A DNA stretch of 64,000 nucleotides from an uncultured delta proteobacterium (GCA_963848295.1 CAWKDB010000002.1:1280001-1344000), one strand, 5' to 3'; counted from the stretch's first letter, positions 13,076 through 27,558 are shown. Notes: generated by a model from the sequence alone, not told the origin. Numbers and translations are program-made.

Positions 13076-16000
13076 ATGAACCGCCGCGTTCTGCTCATCG
13101 ACGCCGATCCCGCTTTTACTGCCATGCTGCACGAGCAGCTCGGGCGCTACCGGGTCGAAGTCACGGCCGAGTCGGATCCGGACCAGGCGATCGCGCTGGC
13201 GTCGGCGGACCCGCCGGCGCTGATCATCATCAGCGTCGAAGAGCCTGAAAAGGCCGGGTTCCGCGTGTTCCAGAAGTCGCGCAAGGGCCCGCTCGCGAAG
13301 GTCCCGGTCATGCTCGTCACCTCGTCGATGTCGGCCGACAGCTTCTCGAAGCATCGCGGGCTCAAGGTCCACGCCGACGACTACCTCGACAAACGCGGCG
13401 CCGCGCTCGAAGTCGTGGTCGGCAAGATCGATGGGTTGATCGAGCTCGGCGATCCGCTGGTCGACGACGAGCTGTCGATCCCGATCGAGGACGACATCTC
13501 GCTCGATCTCGGCGGCGCGATGATCGTCGACGAGACGGTCGGCGAAGAACCAGGCGAGTTCGCATCCGAGGGCGACACCGTCGGTCCTGCGGACGGCATC
13601 AAGGTCGACTCCGTCGTCGAAGCCGAGACCGACGCCGCGTTTGCAGCGCTGCTCGGCGACGAGCTCGATGGCGCCCTTGGCGGCGGAGCGGACGCGATCC
13701 CCGAGCCGGTCGGCGCGGTTCCCGATCCGGTGCCCGAGCCGGTCCACGACAGCATGATGGCCGCATCGGACGAGCCCGACGGGCCAGTCCCCGAGCCGGT
13801 TCACGACGGTGGCAAGCCCGAGCCCGAGGACGATCCGGTCGCGGAGTTCGAGTCGCGCAGCGCGATCGCGACGCGCGTCCCGAGTGGCCGGAGCGGCGGC
13901 GTCCGGCTCGAGTCGCAGCCGGCGATCCCGATCGACGACGACGAGATCATGTCGCTCGACGACGATCTCCCGGTCGAGGTCGACGACGAGCCCGAGCCCG
14001 CGCAGATCCACTCGCGCCCCCCGACGACCCCACCGGCGCCCCCGATCCGCGCGCAGAGCGAGCCGGTGATCACGTCGGCGCAGCCCGTCCCGCCGATCGC
14101 CGCGCCCGCCGAGATCGCCGCGACCGAGCTCGCAGCCGCCGAACCCGTGCAACGTCCTGGCTCGCATGGCTCGGGATCGCACCCCGCGATCGATCTCGGG
14201 CTCGAAGCCGTCGCCCAGGACGCCGAGAGCGAACAGTCGGGGGTCTATGACCGGCGCGCGCTGCGCAAGATCGGCGAGCTCGAGCGCCAGGTCGCTCAGC
14301 TCAAGGCCGAGCTCGACCGCGCGCGCAGCGCCGCCGAGTCCGGGCCGAAGGGACCGGGCCGAGAGCGCGAGTTCCTCAACCTGCGCGAGTCGATCCTCGC
14401 CAAGGACAAGGAGCTGCGGGTCGCGAAGGAAGCGCTCGCCGATCGCGACGGCGCGATCGCGGAGCTGCGCGATCAAGTCTCGCACCTCCAGGGGGCGAAG
14501 GCCGGTGCGGACTCGAAGCACGGCGAGCTCGAGCAACGGCTGAGCGAGAGCACGAGCAGGCACTCGGCGCTCGAGGCCGCGCAACGCGCCGCGGCCGCCC
14601 AGCTCGCGGCGCTGCAACAACAGCTCGAGGAGCGATCGCGCGCCGCGAGCGACGCCGAGACCGCGCGGGCCCAGCTCGAGCGCGAGCTCGCGGGCGAGCG
14701 CGCGAATCGCGCGGCGAGCGCGTCCGAGGCCGAGCGCGCCTTGCGCGTGGAACGCGAGCAGTTGATCGCCCGCCACGCCGCCGATCTCGCCGCGATCCGC
14801 GGTGAGCAGCAGACCGCACGGGAGGCCGCCCTCGCCCAGTTGCGCGACGAGCTCGCGGTCGCGCAGGCCGACGCGCTCATCGAAGCGGCGGCGACCGCGA
14901 AGAAGGCCGCGAGAGCCGAGCACGACATCGCGCTGTCGAAGACCGAGCGCGAGCTGACCACGCAGAACGTCAAGCTGCGCAACGATCTCGGCAGCGAGGT
15001 CGAACGCCTCAAGGCCGCGCTCGCCCAGGCGCACGCCGAGCACGAAGAACAGGTCACCGCCGCCGGTGCGAGCCACATGGCCGCGCTCGACGAGCTCGAG
15101 GCGAAATACCAAGCCGAGCTCGCCGACAAGGAGCGCATCCACGGCGACGTCCGGACCGCCGCCGACCAGGCGCACGCGGCGGCGATCGCCGATCTGCGCG
15201 GTGACCTCGACCGCGCCGCAGCGGCGAACGACGTCAAGCTGACGAGCGCGAAGCGCGACTACGAGCAGCGCGCCGCCGAGCTGATCGAGAGCCATCGCGC
15301 CGAGCTCGCCGCGGCGACCGACGCGCACCAGCAAGCGCTCACCGCAGCGACGACCAGGCATCGCCAAGAAGTCGCGACCCTGACCGAGACCCATCACCAG
15401 CAGCTGACCACCGCGACCGAAGCGCATCGCCAAGATCTCGCGGCGGCGCACGCCGAACGCGACCAGATCGCCGACGAGGCGGAGCGCGCGTCCGCCGGTC
15501 ACATCGCCACGCTCGCCGACGCCGAAGCGCGGCGAGAAGCCGAGGTCGCCGCGACGCGGGAGGCGGCCGAGCGCGAAGCGAGCGAGCTGCGCGGTCAGCT
15601 CGCCGCGACGAAACGCGCTGCCGACGAAGCGGCGGCTCGCCACCAGCGCGAGCACGACGCCGCGCTCGCGGCCCACCGCCAGGCGCTCGAGGATGCCGCC
15701 GCGGCCCACGAGGCCGAGCTCGCCGCGAAGGACGCCGAGCACGGCGGCGCGCGGTCCGCGCTCGAAGCCGAGCACGCGCGCGCGGTCGCCGCGAAGGATG
15801 CCGAGCACGCGCGCATCGTCGGCGCGAGAGATGCCGAGCACGCCCAGGCGATCAAGACGCTCGCGGCCGAGCACGGCCGGGCGGTCTCCGACATCACGTC
15901 CGAGCGCGACGAGCTGCGCCGCGGCCTGTCGACGACGCGCGACGGCCTGAAGCGCGCCGAGGGCGAGCTGTCCTCGGCGGTGCAGACGATCGCCGATCGC

Positions 16001-16228
16001 AACGCCGACCTCCGCACCCACGCGGCCGCGATCGCCGAGCGCGACCAGCGCATCGCCGACCTGCGCAAAGAGATCGAGGGTCTCGAGCAAGAGAACGCGA
16101 GCTACCAGGAGCAAGTGCTGCGCGCGTACCAGAAGATCAAGACCGATGAAGCGATGGTCGCGCGCGCCCGCAAGGCGATGGCGATCGCGCTCACCGTGCT
16201 CGACGACCAGGGCAATCCAACGTCGTGA
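13076..16228 (+). CDS. FrzS/AglZ-like pseudo-receiver with long coiled coil
   Basis: Receiver fold with Ser at the phospho-Asp position (IIISVEE); FSKHRGLKVHADDYL resembles FrzS; acidic Pro-rich linker; long Ala/Glu coiled coil. Confidence 0.75.
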   Translation: MNRRVLLIDADPAFTAMLHEQLGRYRVEVTAESDPDQAIALASADPPALIIISVEEPEKAGFRVFQKSRKGPLAKVPVMLVTSSMSADSFSKHRGLKVHADDYLDKRGAALEVVVGKIDGLIELGDPLVDDELSIPIEDDISLDLGGAMIVDETVGEEPGEFASEGDTVGPADGIKVDSVVEAETDAAFAALLGDELDGALGGGADAIPEPVGAVPDPVPEPVHDSMMAASDEPDGPVPEPVHDGGKPEPEDDPVAEFESRSAIATRVPSGRSGGVRLESQPAIPIDDDEIMSLDDDLPVEVDDEPEPAQIHSRPPTTPPAPPIRAQSEPVITSAQPVPPIAAPAEIAATELAAAEPVQRPGSHGSGSHPAIDLGLEAVAQDAESEQSGVYDRRALRKIGELERQVAQLKAELDRARSAAESGPKGPGREREFLNLRESILAKDKELRVAKEALADRDGAIAELRDQVSHLQGAKAGADSKHGELEQRLSESTSRHSALEAAQRAAAAQLAALQQQLEERSRAASDAETARAQLERELAGERANRAASASEAERALRVEREQLIARHAADLAAIRGEQQTAREAALAQLRDELAVAQADALIEAAATAKKAARAEHDIALSKTERELTTQNVKLRNDLGSEVERLKAALAQAHAEHEEQVTAAGASHMAALDELEAKYQAELADKERIHGDVRTAADQAHAAAIADLRGDLDRAAAANDVKLTSAKRDYEQRAAELIESHRAELAAATDAHQQALTAATTRHRQEVATLTETHHQQLTTATEAHRQDLAAAHAERDQIADEAERASAGHIATLADAEARREAEVAATREAAEREASELRGQLAATKRAADEAAARHQREHDAALAAHRQALEDAAAAHEAELAAKDAEHGGARSALEAEHARAVAAKDAEHARIVGARDAEHAQAIKTLAAEHGRAVSDITSERDELRRGLSTTRDGLKRAEGELSSAVQTIADRNADLRTHAAAIAERDQRIADLRKEIEGLEQENASYQEQVLRAYQKIKTDEAMVARARKAMAIALTVLDDQGNPTS

Positions 16229-16827
16229 CGTTGCGCGTGATCGGAGCCGGCGTGGGCCGGACGGGAACGATGTCGCTCAAGCTCGCGCTCGAGCGCTTGC
16301 TCGGCGCGCCCTGCTACCACATGGTCGAAGTCTTCAGCCACCCGGCGCACTTCGCGCAATGGACCGCCGCCGGACGCGGCGAGCCCGTCGCGTGGCCGGC
16401 GCTGTTCGACGGCTTCGCCGCGACCGTCGATTGGCCGTCGGCGTCGTTCTGGCCCGAGCTCGCCGCCGCGTTCCCCGGCGCGATCATCTTGCTGTCGACG
16501 CGCGACGCCGCAGCGTGGTGGAAGAGCGCGAGCGAGACGATCTTCTCGACCAAGGCCGACCCGGGCACGCCGATGGGCGCGATGGTCGAGGCCGCGATCG
16601 GCTCGCGGTTCACCTCGTCGCGCGAGCCGGCGGTCGCGATGGCCGCGTTCGACAAGTGGAACGCGAATGTGCGAGCCACCGCGCCGCGCGATCGGCTGGT
16701 CGAGTGGAAGCCCGGCGATGGCTGGGCGCCGCTGTGCAAGGCGCTCGGCGTCGCGGTCCCGACCGAGCCGTTCCCGCACGTCAATACGACCGACGAGTTC
16801 AAGGCGCGACGGTCCGGGCAGCACTGA
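16225..16827 (+). CDS. Sulfotransferase-family P-loop protein
   Basis: VIGAGVGRTGTMSLKLALE..G.PCYHM, VDWP, GWAPLC, PFPHVN. Confidence 0.85.
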   Translation: MTLRVIGAGVGRTGTMSLKLALERLLGAPCYHMVEVFSHPAHFAQWTAAGRGEPVAWPALFDGFAATVDWPSASFWPELAAAFPGAIILLSTRDAAAWWKSASETIFSTKADPGTPMGAMVEAAIGSRFTSSREPAVAMAAFDKWNANVRATAPRDRLVEWKPGDGWAPLCKALGVAVPTEPFPHVNTTDEFKARRSGQH

Positions 16828-16840
16828 GCCCGCCGCCGGG

Positions 16841-17686
16841 ATGCTGAAGCTCCTCATCGCGGTCGCCGCGATCTCGACCGGCGCTCCGTTCGCGCGCTGG
16901 GCCAAGCCGGCGCCCGCCGCCGCGATCGCAGCGCTCCGCACCGCGCTCGCCGCCGTCTTGCTCCTGAGTGCCGGCCGGCGCGAGCTCCGCACGCTGCGCG
17001 CGCTCGCGCCGCGTGATCGCGGGCTGGTCGTGCTCGCGGGCGCGCTGCTCGCGATCCATTTCGGCACGTGGATCGCGTCGCTCGGCATGACCTCGACCGC
17101 GGCGTCGGTCGCGCTCGTGTGTACGAACCCGGTGTTTGCGGCCCTGTTCGGCGCGGTGCTCGGCGATCGCGTGGTGCCACGCGAGTGGCTCGGCATGGCG
17201 ATCGCGGCGGGCGGGTGCGCGGTGCTCGCCGGCGGCGATTGGAGCGTGGGGGGCGATGCGCTCGCCGGCGATGGCCTGGCCTTGCTCGGCGCGGCCGCCG
17301 GCGCGGCGTACCTCGTCGTGGGACGGAGCATGCGCTCGAGCGTGCCGCTCATGCCCTATCTCGGCGCGGTCAACGCGATCGCGGCGATCGCGCTCGTCGT
17401 CACGGCGCTCGCGACCGGCGCTCCGCTGGGGTCGCTACCGACGCATTCGTACCTCGCGTGCGCGGGCGCGGCGGTGGTCGCGTCGTTCGTCGGCCACAGC
17501 TTGCTCAACGCGGCGGTGCGCACGACGCCGGCGCACCTCGTGACGCTCGCGGTGCTCGGCGAGCCGATCGGCGCGTCGCTGATCACCTGGGTCGCGTTCG
17601 GCGAGCAGCCTCCCGTGCACGCGGTGCTCGGCGGCGCGATCGTGCTCGTCGGCATCGCGGCTGGGTTCGTGCGCAAGCGCAGCTAG
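16841..17686 (+). CDS. DMT/EamA transporter
   Basis: About 10 hydrophobic segments; HF.TWI.SL..TS.A; LGEPIGA. Confidence 0.85.
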   Translation: MLKLLIAVAAISTGAPFARWAKPAPAAAIAALRTALAAVLLLSAGRRELRTLRALAPRDRGLVVLAGALLAIHFGTWIASLGMTSTAASVALVCTNPVFAALFGAVLGDRVVPREWLGMAIAAGGCAVLAGGDWSVGGDALAGDGLALLGAAAGAAYLVVGRSMRSSVPLMPYLGAVNAIAAIALVVTALATGAPLGSLPTHSYLACAGAAVVASFVGHSLLNAAVRTTPAHLVTLAVLGEPIGASLITWVAFGEQPPVHAVLGGAIVLVGIAAGFVRKRS

Positions 17687-19409
<1,723 letters not shown>

Positions 19410-19462
19410 GGCGCAAAATCTACCCGTTGCGACGGGCATGTCCACGGATATAGTGACGTTCT

Positions 19463-20599
19463 GTGAGCCGTCGGTTCCGCGCCCTCGTGACCCATCCCCA
19501 GCCCGAGGCGCTGGGCGAGCTCGCGGAGCTGATCGGCTCGACCGGGCTCGTGGTCGAGACCGCGCGCTCGACGGTCGAGGCGCTCAACAAGCTCCGCGGT
19601 CAGCCCGCGAACGTCATCGTCGCGCAGCACGTGACCGGCACGTTCGACGGCGTCGGCTTGCTCGAGTCGAGCATCTTGCACGCGCCCGATGCGCTGCGCA
19701 TCGCGGTGGTCGCGTCGCCGGACGAGGCGGTCGAGCTCGACTACCGTCCCGCGCACGCCGGCACGATCATCCGGCTCGTCGCGCGGGCGAGCGAGCGCAG
19801 CCGCCTGGTCGCCGTCGTCAACGAAGGCGTCAAGCTGCTCGGCCTCGTCGACGAGCAGCGCGAGATGGTCCGCAAGCTGTCGGCCGAGCAAGGCAAGCTC
19901 CAGCGCCGCGAGCTGCTGCTCGACACTGTCGTCAAGGAGCGCACCAAGGAGCTCGAGGAGAGCTACGAGAAGCTCAAGGCCGCGAACCGCCAGGCGCTGT
20001 TCGGCCTCGCCGAGGCGATCGAAGCGAAGGATCCGTACACCCGCGGTCACTGCGGCCGGGTCGCCGCGTACTCGCTGATCCTCGCGCGCGAGGCGGGCTA
20101 CCCCGAAGACGGCCTCGAGACGCTCGAGTTCGGCGCGTTCTTGCACGACATCGGCAAGATCGGCATCCGCGACGCGGTGCTGTTGAAGCCGGGCCCGCTC
20201 GACGAGGCCGAGTGGACGCACATGCGCGAGCACCCGGTGAAGGGCTACGACATCGCGACGAAGATCGAGATGCTGCACCCGATCATGCCCGCGGTGCGCA
20301 GCCACCACGAGCGCTGGGACGGCTCGGGCTATCCCGACGGCATGATCGCCGAGGGCATCCCGGTCGTCGCGCGCATCGTCGCGATCGCCGACGCGTTCGA
20401 CGCGATGGCGACCGATCGCCCGTACAAGAAGGCGCTGCCGCTCGAGGAATGCGAGGCGGTGCTGCGCAAGACCGCCGGCAAGATGTACGACCCCGAGCTG
20501 ATCGAGATCTTCTGCGGCCGCCACCTCGGATCGCTGTATCGCGAGGACTACGACGCCGAGCCGTACGAGGACGGCCGCGCCGCGAGCTCGTCGGACTGA
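19463..20599 (+). CDS. HD-GYP phosphodiesterase with degenerate N-terminal receiver
   Basis: [38 protein letters not shown]. Confidence 0.9.
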   Translation: MSRRFRALVTHPQPEALGELAELIGSTGLVVETARSTVEALNKLRGQPANVIVAQHVTGTFDGVGLLESSILHAPDALRIAVVASPDEAVELDYRPAHAGTIIRLVARASERSRLVAVVNEGVKLLGLVDEQREMVRKLSAEQGKLQRRELLLDTVVKERTKELEESYEKLKAANRQALFGLAEAIEAKDPYTRGHCGRVAAYSLILAREAGYPEDGLETLEFGAFLHDIGKIGIRDAVLLKPGPLDEAEWTHMREHPVKGYDIATKIEMLHPIMPAVRSHHERWDGSGYPDGMIAEGIPVVARIVAIADAFDAMATDRPYKKALPLEECEAVLRKTAGKMYDPELIEIFCGRHLGSLYREDYDAEPYEDGRAASSSD

Positions 20600-20613
20600 C
20601 GAGCTCGCGACAA

Positions 20614-21153
20614 CTACTGACACGAGAACATGCCGAGGCCGGCGCCGTTGTCGACGCAGGTGCAGCTATGCCCCGGCCACGTGCACACGTTTCCGACCGG
20701 CCCGCACCCGGTGTTCTCGTAGCCGTCCCGGTATTCCGCCGGACAGATCGGGCAATCCTCGCCATCGTAACACCGGCACGTGCACTGCCAGGTCCCCGCA
20801 ACACACTGGCAGTCTTGGCCGGTTGGCTCGGCGCTGCAGTCGTTACCCTCCGCCTCGCACGAGGTGATCGGCGCATCGGCGCACGACGCGCCGTCCTGTG
20901 CCGCGAGGCCACGGTCGTAGTGGAACCGGCCATCGGCGCCGCACGTGTACCAAGCGGATTCGCACGAGGAGAAGTTGTCGACGACGAAGCATTCTTGCCC
21001 GGCGGCGAGCGTACATGGCGAGTTGTCGATCGTATCGCCACCGATGCCGTCCTGCGTGGTCGGGCACCCCGCTGCGGGGCCATCCGGGTAGATGCCGGTC
21101 GGCGATCCGCTGCCGCAACCGACCAGGGCGACGACTGCGATGACGCGAAGCAT
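20614..21153 (-). CDS. Cysteine-rich lipoprotein
   Basis: [13 protein letters not shown] lipobox; many Cys. Confidence 0.78.
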   Translation of the reverse strand: MLRVIAVVALVGCGSGSPTGIYPDGPAAGCPTTQDGIGGDTIDNSPCTLAAGQECFVVDNFSSCESAWYTCGADGRFHYDRGLAAQDGASCADAPITSCEAEGNDCSAEPTGQDCQCVAGTWQCTCRCYDGEDCPICPAEYRDGYENTGCGPVGNVCTWPGHSCTCVDNGAGLGMFSCQ

Positions 21154-21165
21154 GGCAGCGAGCAC

Positions 21166-21181
21166 AGCAACGGACGTGCCG
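21166..21181 (-). promoter_or_regulatory. Sigma54 promoter
   Basis: CGGCACG-TCCG-TTGCT, near consensus; 13 nt between the GC and ATG 21153. Confidence 0.75.
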
Positions 21182-21257
21182 CATGATGTGACCCTGGTAA
21201 TGTACGGAAATCGCGCCCCGCGCGCGTCGACAACAGCGACACCGATGTCGCGAATCG

Positions 21258-23192
21258 TTAGATGTCGCCCGAGCCGAGCGCGTGGAGCGGAACGTCGCGC
21301 GACAGATCCGCGGTGAGCTCGACATCGAGCTTCTGCGGCAGGTAGCCGCGGCGACGCAACTTCAGTACGTGTTTACCCGGCTCGGCCGGCACGGTCCCGT
21401 CGAAGGGGGTGTGACCGAGGCGCTTGCCGTCGATGAGCACGGTCGCGTCGCCCGGCGTCGTCGTGACGTGAACCGCGATCGTCGCGGGCACGACCGGAGG
21501 CGCCGGCGGAGCGGCGTCGGGGACCTTCACCGGCGGCGCCTGCACCGCGGGCAGGAGCGCCAGGCCCGACCCGGCGTGCGTGGCGGGCTTGGCCACCGCG
21601 ACCGGAGCCGGAGCCGGCGACGAGTCGGGATCGGAATAGGCGAGCCCGCCGATCAAGAACGCGGATGCGATCGCGAGCGCGCCACAGATCAGCAGCCACG
21701 TCAGCCCGCGGCGCGGTGGTGCCGGCCGCGGCACGATCGCGGTGAACGATTGCGGCGACGTGTTCGATACCTCGCTCGGCGCACGGAGGATCTCGATCGC
21801 GAGCTCGGATTCGGCGCGAGTGCTCGGCTCGATCGGAACCGCGAGATCGGTGCCAGCGCGCGGCGTCCCGTAGCGCATCAGCGCATCGTCGATGACTTCA
21901 TCATCGTCGAGCGCGATCGGCGGTTGCGTACCGACCGCCGACCGGCCGGACGGCGACATCGGCACCTCGTGCGGCACCGCCATCCCGGCCGAGAACGCGG
22001 ACAGCGCCGCGCGCTCGTCACTACCGAGCTCGGCGAGCCCACCCCCGGCGACTGGCGACGCGGCACGGACCGGCGTGGGATCTGCCCGCCGCCCCCGCAT
22101 GCTGTCGACCCGGATGTAGGCCGGCTCCTCGTCGATCACCATCGCGTCGATATCGACCGGCATGGTCACAGCTTCGTCGGTCTCGACCGGCACCGCCTCG
22201 GACACCATCTCGATCACGAGATCTGCACGTGGTTGACGCGGCGCAGGCGACAGCCACGGCTCGCTGCGGTGCTCGAACAGCTGCTCCATGACCTGGGCGA
22301 TCGCGGGATGGCCGAGCACGAGGCTGTTGCGGTGGCCGAACGCGTCGAGCTCGCGGCCGAGCGTCGCCGCATCTTGGAACCGCGCCGCGGGATCGGTGGC
22401 GAGCGCCTTCATCACGATCAGCTCGAGGCCGCGCGGGTAATCGCGGACGACTTGCGACGGCGGCGTGATCCGCCCGGTCGTGATCCGCTCCATCGTCATG
22501 AAGTCCGAGCCGGCGCGGAACGCTCGGCGCATCGTCGTCAGCTCGTAGAGCACGACGCCGAGCGCGAAGATATCGGCGCGGTGATCGACGGTGCGGCCGA
22601 GGATCTGTTCCGGCGCGAGGTACGCGACCTTGCCCTTGAGCGCGCCGACCTGCGTCGTGGTCGCGCGATTCGCCGCCTTCGCGATGCCGAAGTCGATCAG
22701 CTTGACGCCGCCGTCATAGCCCAGCATGAGATTGGACAACGTGACATCGCGATGGACGATCGCGAGCGGCGCCCCGGTCGAGCCGCGCGCGGAGTGCGCG
22801 TAGTGCAGCGCCGACGCGACGGCCGAGCCAACGGTGAGGGCGAACCCGAGCGGTACGCTGTCCTGGCGCTCGGCGCTTCGCTCGAACACCGCATGGGCAG
22901 TCTCGCCGTGGACGTACTCCATCACGAGGAAGTAACGCCCGGCCTCGTCGCGGCCGACCTCGTAGACCGGCGCGATGTATTGGTGGTGTAACGCGCCGAC
23001 CAGCCGCGCCTCGTCGAGGAACATCGTGACGAACGGATCGTCGTCGGCGAGCTCGAGGTCGAGCGTCTTGATCACGACGTGGCGCTCGAACCCGCCTAGA
23101 CCGGTCGCCCGGCCGAGGTACACCTGCCCCATCCCGCCCGAGGCGAGATGTTTGATGACCTCATAACGGCCGATTCTCGATGCATCCTGCAC
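21258..23192 (-). CDS. Membrane Ser/Thr protein kinase with C-terminal PEGA domain
   Basis: GGMGQVY, VVIK, HRDV, DFGIAK, YLAPEQ, DIFALG; TM helix; PEGA-like tail. Start codon inferred. Confidence 0.9.
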   Translation of the reverse strand: MQDASRIGRYEVIKHLASGGMGQVYLGRATGLGGFERHVVIKTLDLELADDDPFVTMFLDEARLVGALHHQYIAPVYEVGRDEAGRYFLVMEYVHGETAHAVFERSAERQDSVPLGFALTVGSAVASALHYAHSARGSTGAPLAIVHRDVTLSNLMLGYDGGVKLIDFGIAKAANRATTTQVGALKGKVAYLAPEQILGRTVDHRADIFALGVVLYELTTMRRAFRAGSDFMTMERITTGRITPPSQVVRDYPRGLELIVMKALATDPAARFQDAATLGRELDAFGHRNSLVLGHPAIAQVMEQLFEHRSEPWLSPAPRQPRADLVIEMVSEAVPVETDEAVTMPVDIDAMVIDEEPAYIRVDSMRGRRADPTPVRAASPVAGGGLAELGSDERAALSAFSAGMAVPHEVPMSPSGRSAVGTQPPIALDDDEVIDDALMRYGTPRAGTDLAVPIEPSTRAESELAIEILRAPSEVSNTSPQSFTAIVPRPAPPRRGLTWLLICGALAIASAFLIGGLAYSDPDSSPAPAPVAVAKPATHAGSGLALLPAVQAPPVKVPDAAPPAPPVVPATIAVHVTTTPGDATVLIDGKRLGHTPFDGTVPAEPGKHVLKLRRRGYLPQKLDVELTADLSRDVPLHALGSGDI

Positions 23193-23468
23193 GATCGTCG
23201 TCTCGAGAGAACAACTAACATACGCCTCGACGCAACCCTTGTGTGCATGCGTTTGCGCACCGAGATCACGCGATCGTCGTCGTGTAACAGTGCTGACGGA
23301 TATTTTTCGCCGAGAGCGATTCACCGTCGCGACGCTCCCGCGGGAATAGCGACCGACGTACCTCCGGTTCTCCGTCGGTCCACTCGCCCTTGACGCGGTC
23401 GTTTGCGTGATCAGGTTGAGGGCGGGGATAGCGGACAACGGATGTCTCCGCCCGATGATCTGAGGCCC

Positions 23469-23981
23469 ATGCGCAAAATCCCTCTCCGCAGCCTGTTGTC
23501 GAAGCTCACCGCGCTCGCGCTCACGGCGTCGCCGGCGGCAACGATCGCGGGGCCGTTGGCGCAGCCTACCGCGCGTGACGTCGACAACGATCTCGATGGC
23601 GACCTCGCGAGCGATCTGTCGATCGACCGCGAGCACATGGATCCGCGCGACGCGGCTGCGACGATCGGTCGATCGCTAGCGCTCGCGTTGTCCGAGATGC
23701 GCCCGCTCGCCGGCACGCACCTCGCCACGACCTGGGCGCTCGCCGACGATCCCGTGCGCCGGCTCGCCGTCGCCTACTCGCTCGAATGGGCGTTCCCGCT
23801 GTTCGGCGACATCGCGATCCTCGACCATCTGTCATACGATGGCGATCCCGCGATCCGCACCGCGGTCGCCCGCGCCGCGTGGATCCGCCGCCGATCGAGC
23901 GGCGATATCGGCGTGCTCGCGCGGCTCGCGCACGACCCAGATCCCGAGGTTCGCGCGATCGCCCGCCACGCCATCGAGTAG
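23469..23981 (+). CDS. HEAT-repeat hypothetical protein
   Basis: D(G/P)DP.(I/V)R.A repeats. Confidence 0.6.
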   Translation: MRKIPLRSLLSKLTALALTASPAATIAGPLAQPTARDVDNDLDGDLASDLSIDREHMDPRDAAATIGRSLALALSEMRPLAGTHLATTWALADDPVRRLAVAYSLEWAFPLFGDIAILDHLSYDGDPAIRTAVARAAWIRRRSSGDIGVLARLAHDPDPEVRAIARHAIE

Positions 23982-24083
23982 CGGGCCGTGCCCGCGACTC
24001 AGCGCCGCCGGATCGCGGCGCGGTGTAGCTCGAGGGAGCCGACGTGGATTCCGTAGCGGCCGGGGCAATGGTATAGCGAGCGG

Positions 24084-25781
<1,698 letters not shown>

Positions 25782-25870
25782 CCGGTTGCGACATCGCCAC
25801 CGAGCCGTCGCGCCGCATTCGATGCACCAGGTCCGGTAGCGCCCGATTGCGCGCTACCCTACCGGGCACC

Positions 25871-27451
25871 TTGAGCCGCGCCGTAGACTTCGACCTCGCG
25901 CGCGAGCTGACCAAACCGAGCTTCACGCCGGCTCAGCGCGACGCGCCCGCGCTCGTCGAGCTGATCGTCGCGGGCGACGAAGCGGTCGCGACGCGTGCGA
26001 CAGACGCGATCGTCGGGCTCGGCGAGATCGGACGCAAGGCGCTCGAGGCCCGCCTCGCGACCGGACCCGACGACGGCGCGCATGCCCGCATCGTCGCCGG
26101 TTTCGGCCGGCTCGCGCGGCGCGGCGACGTGCTGGCCCGCGCGCGCGTGATCGCGGAGCTCGCGAGCGCCAAGCTGCGAGTGCGGCGCGCTGCGGCGATG
26201 GCGCTCGGCAAGCTCGGCTCGGGCGCGGGCGACGACGTCATCGTCGCGCTCACCGCGCGGTGGGACGCCAGCGATGTCACGCCCGACGAGCGCCGTACGC
26301 TCGCCGAAGCGCTCGGCAAGGCTGGGGGCGCCACCGCGCTCGGTCGGCTGCGCGCGCTCGATGTCGGAGACGATCGCGAGCTCGCTCGGCTGCGCGATCG
26401 CGCGGTGCTGATGGCGGAGCGCGATGGCCGGCGCGGCGAGAGCTCGGAGGTCGCGGTCGACATCGCGCCGCCGACCCCGGTCGCGGTGCGGCTGCATTGC
26501 AAGCCGGGGCTCGCCGGCTTGCTCGTCGATGAATTGCGCGCGCTCGCGATCGAAGCGCGTAGCGCCGGCGATGCCTCGGTCGAGATCGTACTCGCCGCGC
26601 CGTGGCAAACGCTGTTCGCGTCGCGGTTGTGGGCGACCGGCGGGATTCGGCTCCCCCGGCCCGCGGGCGATCTGTCGGCATCGATCGTCGCGGCGCTGTG
26701 TGATCCCGCGACGCGCGCGCTGCTCGCCGCGCTCACTCGCGGGCCGATTCGTTGGCGCCTCGACCTGCCGCGCGGGCGCGAACGCTCGGTCGTCTGGCGG
26801 GTCGCCCGCGAGGTCACCGCCGCGGCGCCCGAGCTCGTCAACGACCCGACCGCGACGACCTGGGATGTCCGGGTTTCGGACAGCGCGCTCGAGCTCGTTC
26901 CGCGGCGCGCGCACGATCCGCGGTTCGCGTATCGAGTCGCCGAGATCCCCGCAGCCTCGCATCCGACCGTCGCCGCCGCGATCGCCTGGCTCGCGGCGCC
27001 GCGCGCGCACGAGCGCGTGTGGGATCCGTTTTGCGGCTCCGGGCTCGAGCTCGTCGAGTGCGCGCGGCGCGGCGCCGGCGGTGTCGTAGGCAGCGATCGC
27101 GATGACACCGCGCTCGCAGCGGCGCGCGCGAACCTCGCCGCGGCCGGCGTTGCAGGTGAGATCGTGCGCGGCGATGCGCTCACGTTTCGACCGCCCGGTG
27201 GGCCGTTCGCTGCGATCGCGAGCAACCCTCCGCTCGGCGGTCGGATCCGCGGCGATGCCGGTGCGCTGCTGTGCCGCGCGCTGCCGCACTTCGCCGCGCA
27301 GCTCGCCTCGGGCGGCCGACTCGTGTGGATCACGCCGGCGCCGCGCACCACGACCCCGGTCGCGCGCAGCCTCGGTCTCGTGCTCGCGCGCTCGATCGAC
27401 GTCGACCTCGGTGGGATTCGCGGCCAGCTCGAGCGCTGGAACAAGCGCTAG
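25871..27451 (+). CDS. HEAT-repeat plus SAM-dependent RNA methylase (UPF0020/RlmL-like) fusion
   Basis: N-terminal ALGK HEAT repeats; C-terminal WDPFCGSG and SNPP motifs. Start approximate. Confidence 0.72.
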   Translation: MSRAVDFDLARELTKPSFTPAQRDAPALVELIVAGDEAVATRATDAIVGLGEIGRKALEARLATGPDDGAHARIVAGFGRLARRGDVLARARVIAELASAKLRVRRAAAMALGKLGSGAGDDVIVALTARWDASDVTPDERRTLAEALGKAGGATALGRLRALDVGDDRELARLRDRAVLMAERDGRRGESSEVAVDIAPPTPVAVRLHCKPGLAGLLVDELRALAIEARSAGDASVEIVLAAPWQTLFASRLWATGGIRLPRPAGDLSASIVAALCDPATRALLAALTRGPIRWRLDLPRGRERSVVWRVAREVTAAAPELVNDPTATTWDVRVSDSALELVPRRAHDPRFAYRVAEIPAASHPTVAAAIAWLAAPRAHERVWDPFCGSGLELVECARRGAGGVVGSDRDDTALAAARANLAAAGVAGEIVRGDALTFRPPGGPFAAIASNPPLGGRIRGDAGALLCRALPHFAAQLASGGRLVWITPAPRTTTPVARSLGLVLARSIDVDLGGIRGQLERWNKR

Positions 27452-27558
27452 GACGCGCTAGGACGGGTCGCGGTGGCAAGCTGATCCTGAGTAAGACCAC
27501 GTCTCAGCCGAAGCCGTCGCACATTGGCGCCAAGCGACGTCAGTGCTTGGGCAACCAC
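27448..27558 (-). pseudogene. Truncated XRE/HTH_3 regulator fragment
   Basis: LGANVRRLRLRRGLTQDQLA followed by a stop before the recognition helix. Confidence 0.55.

Noticed and set aside
13007..16114. 1035-aa antisense ORF and other long shadow ORFs (e.g. 34501-36969 +, 21282-22991 +)
   Set aside because: Expected in high-GC DNA opposite real genes; no motifs.
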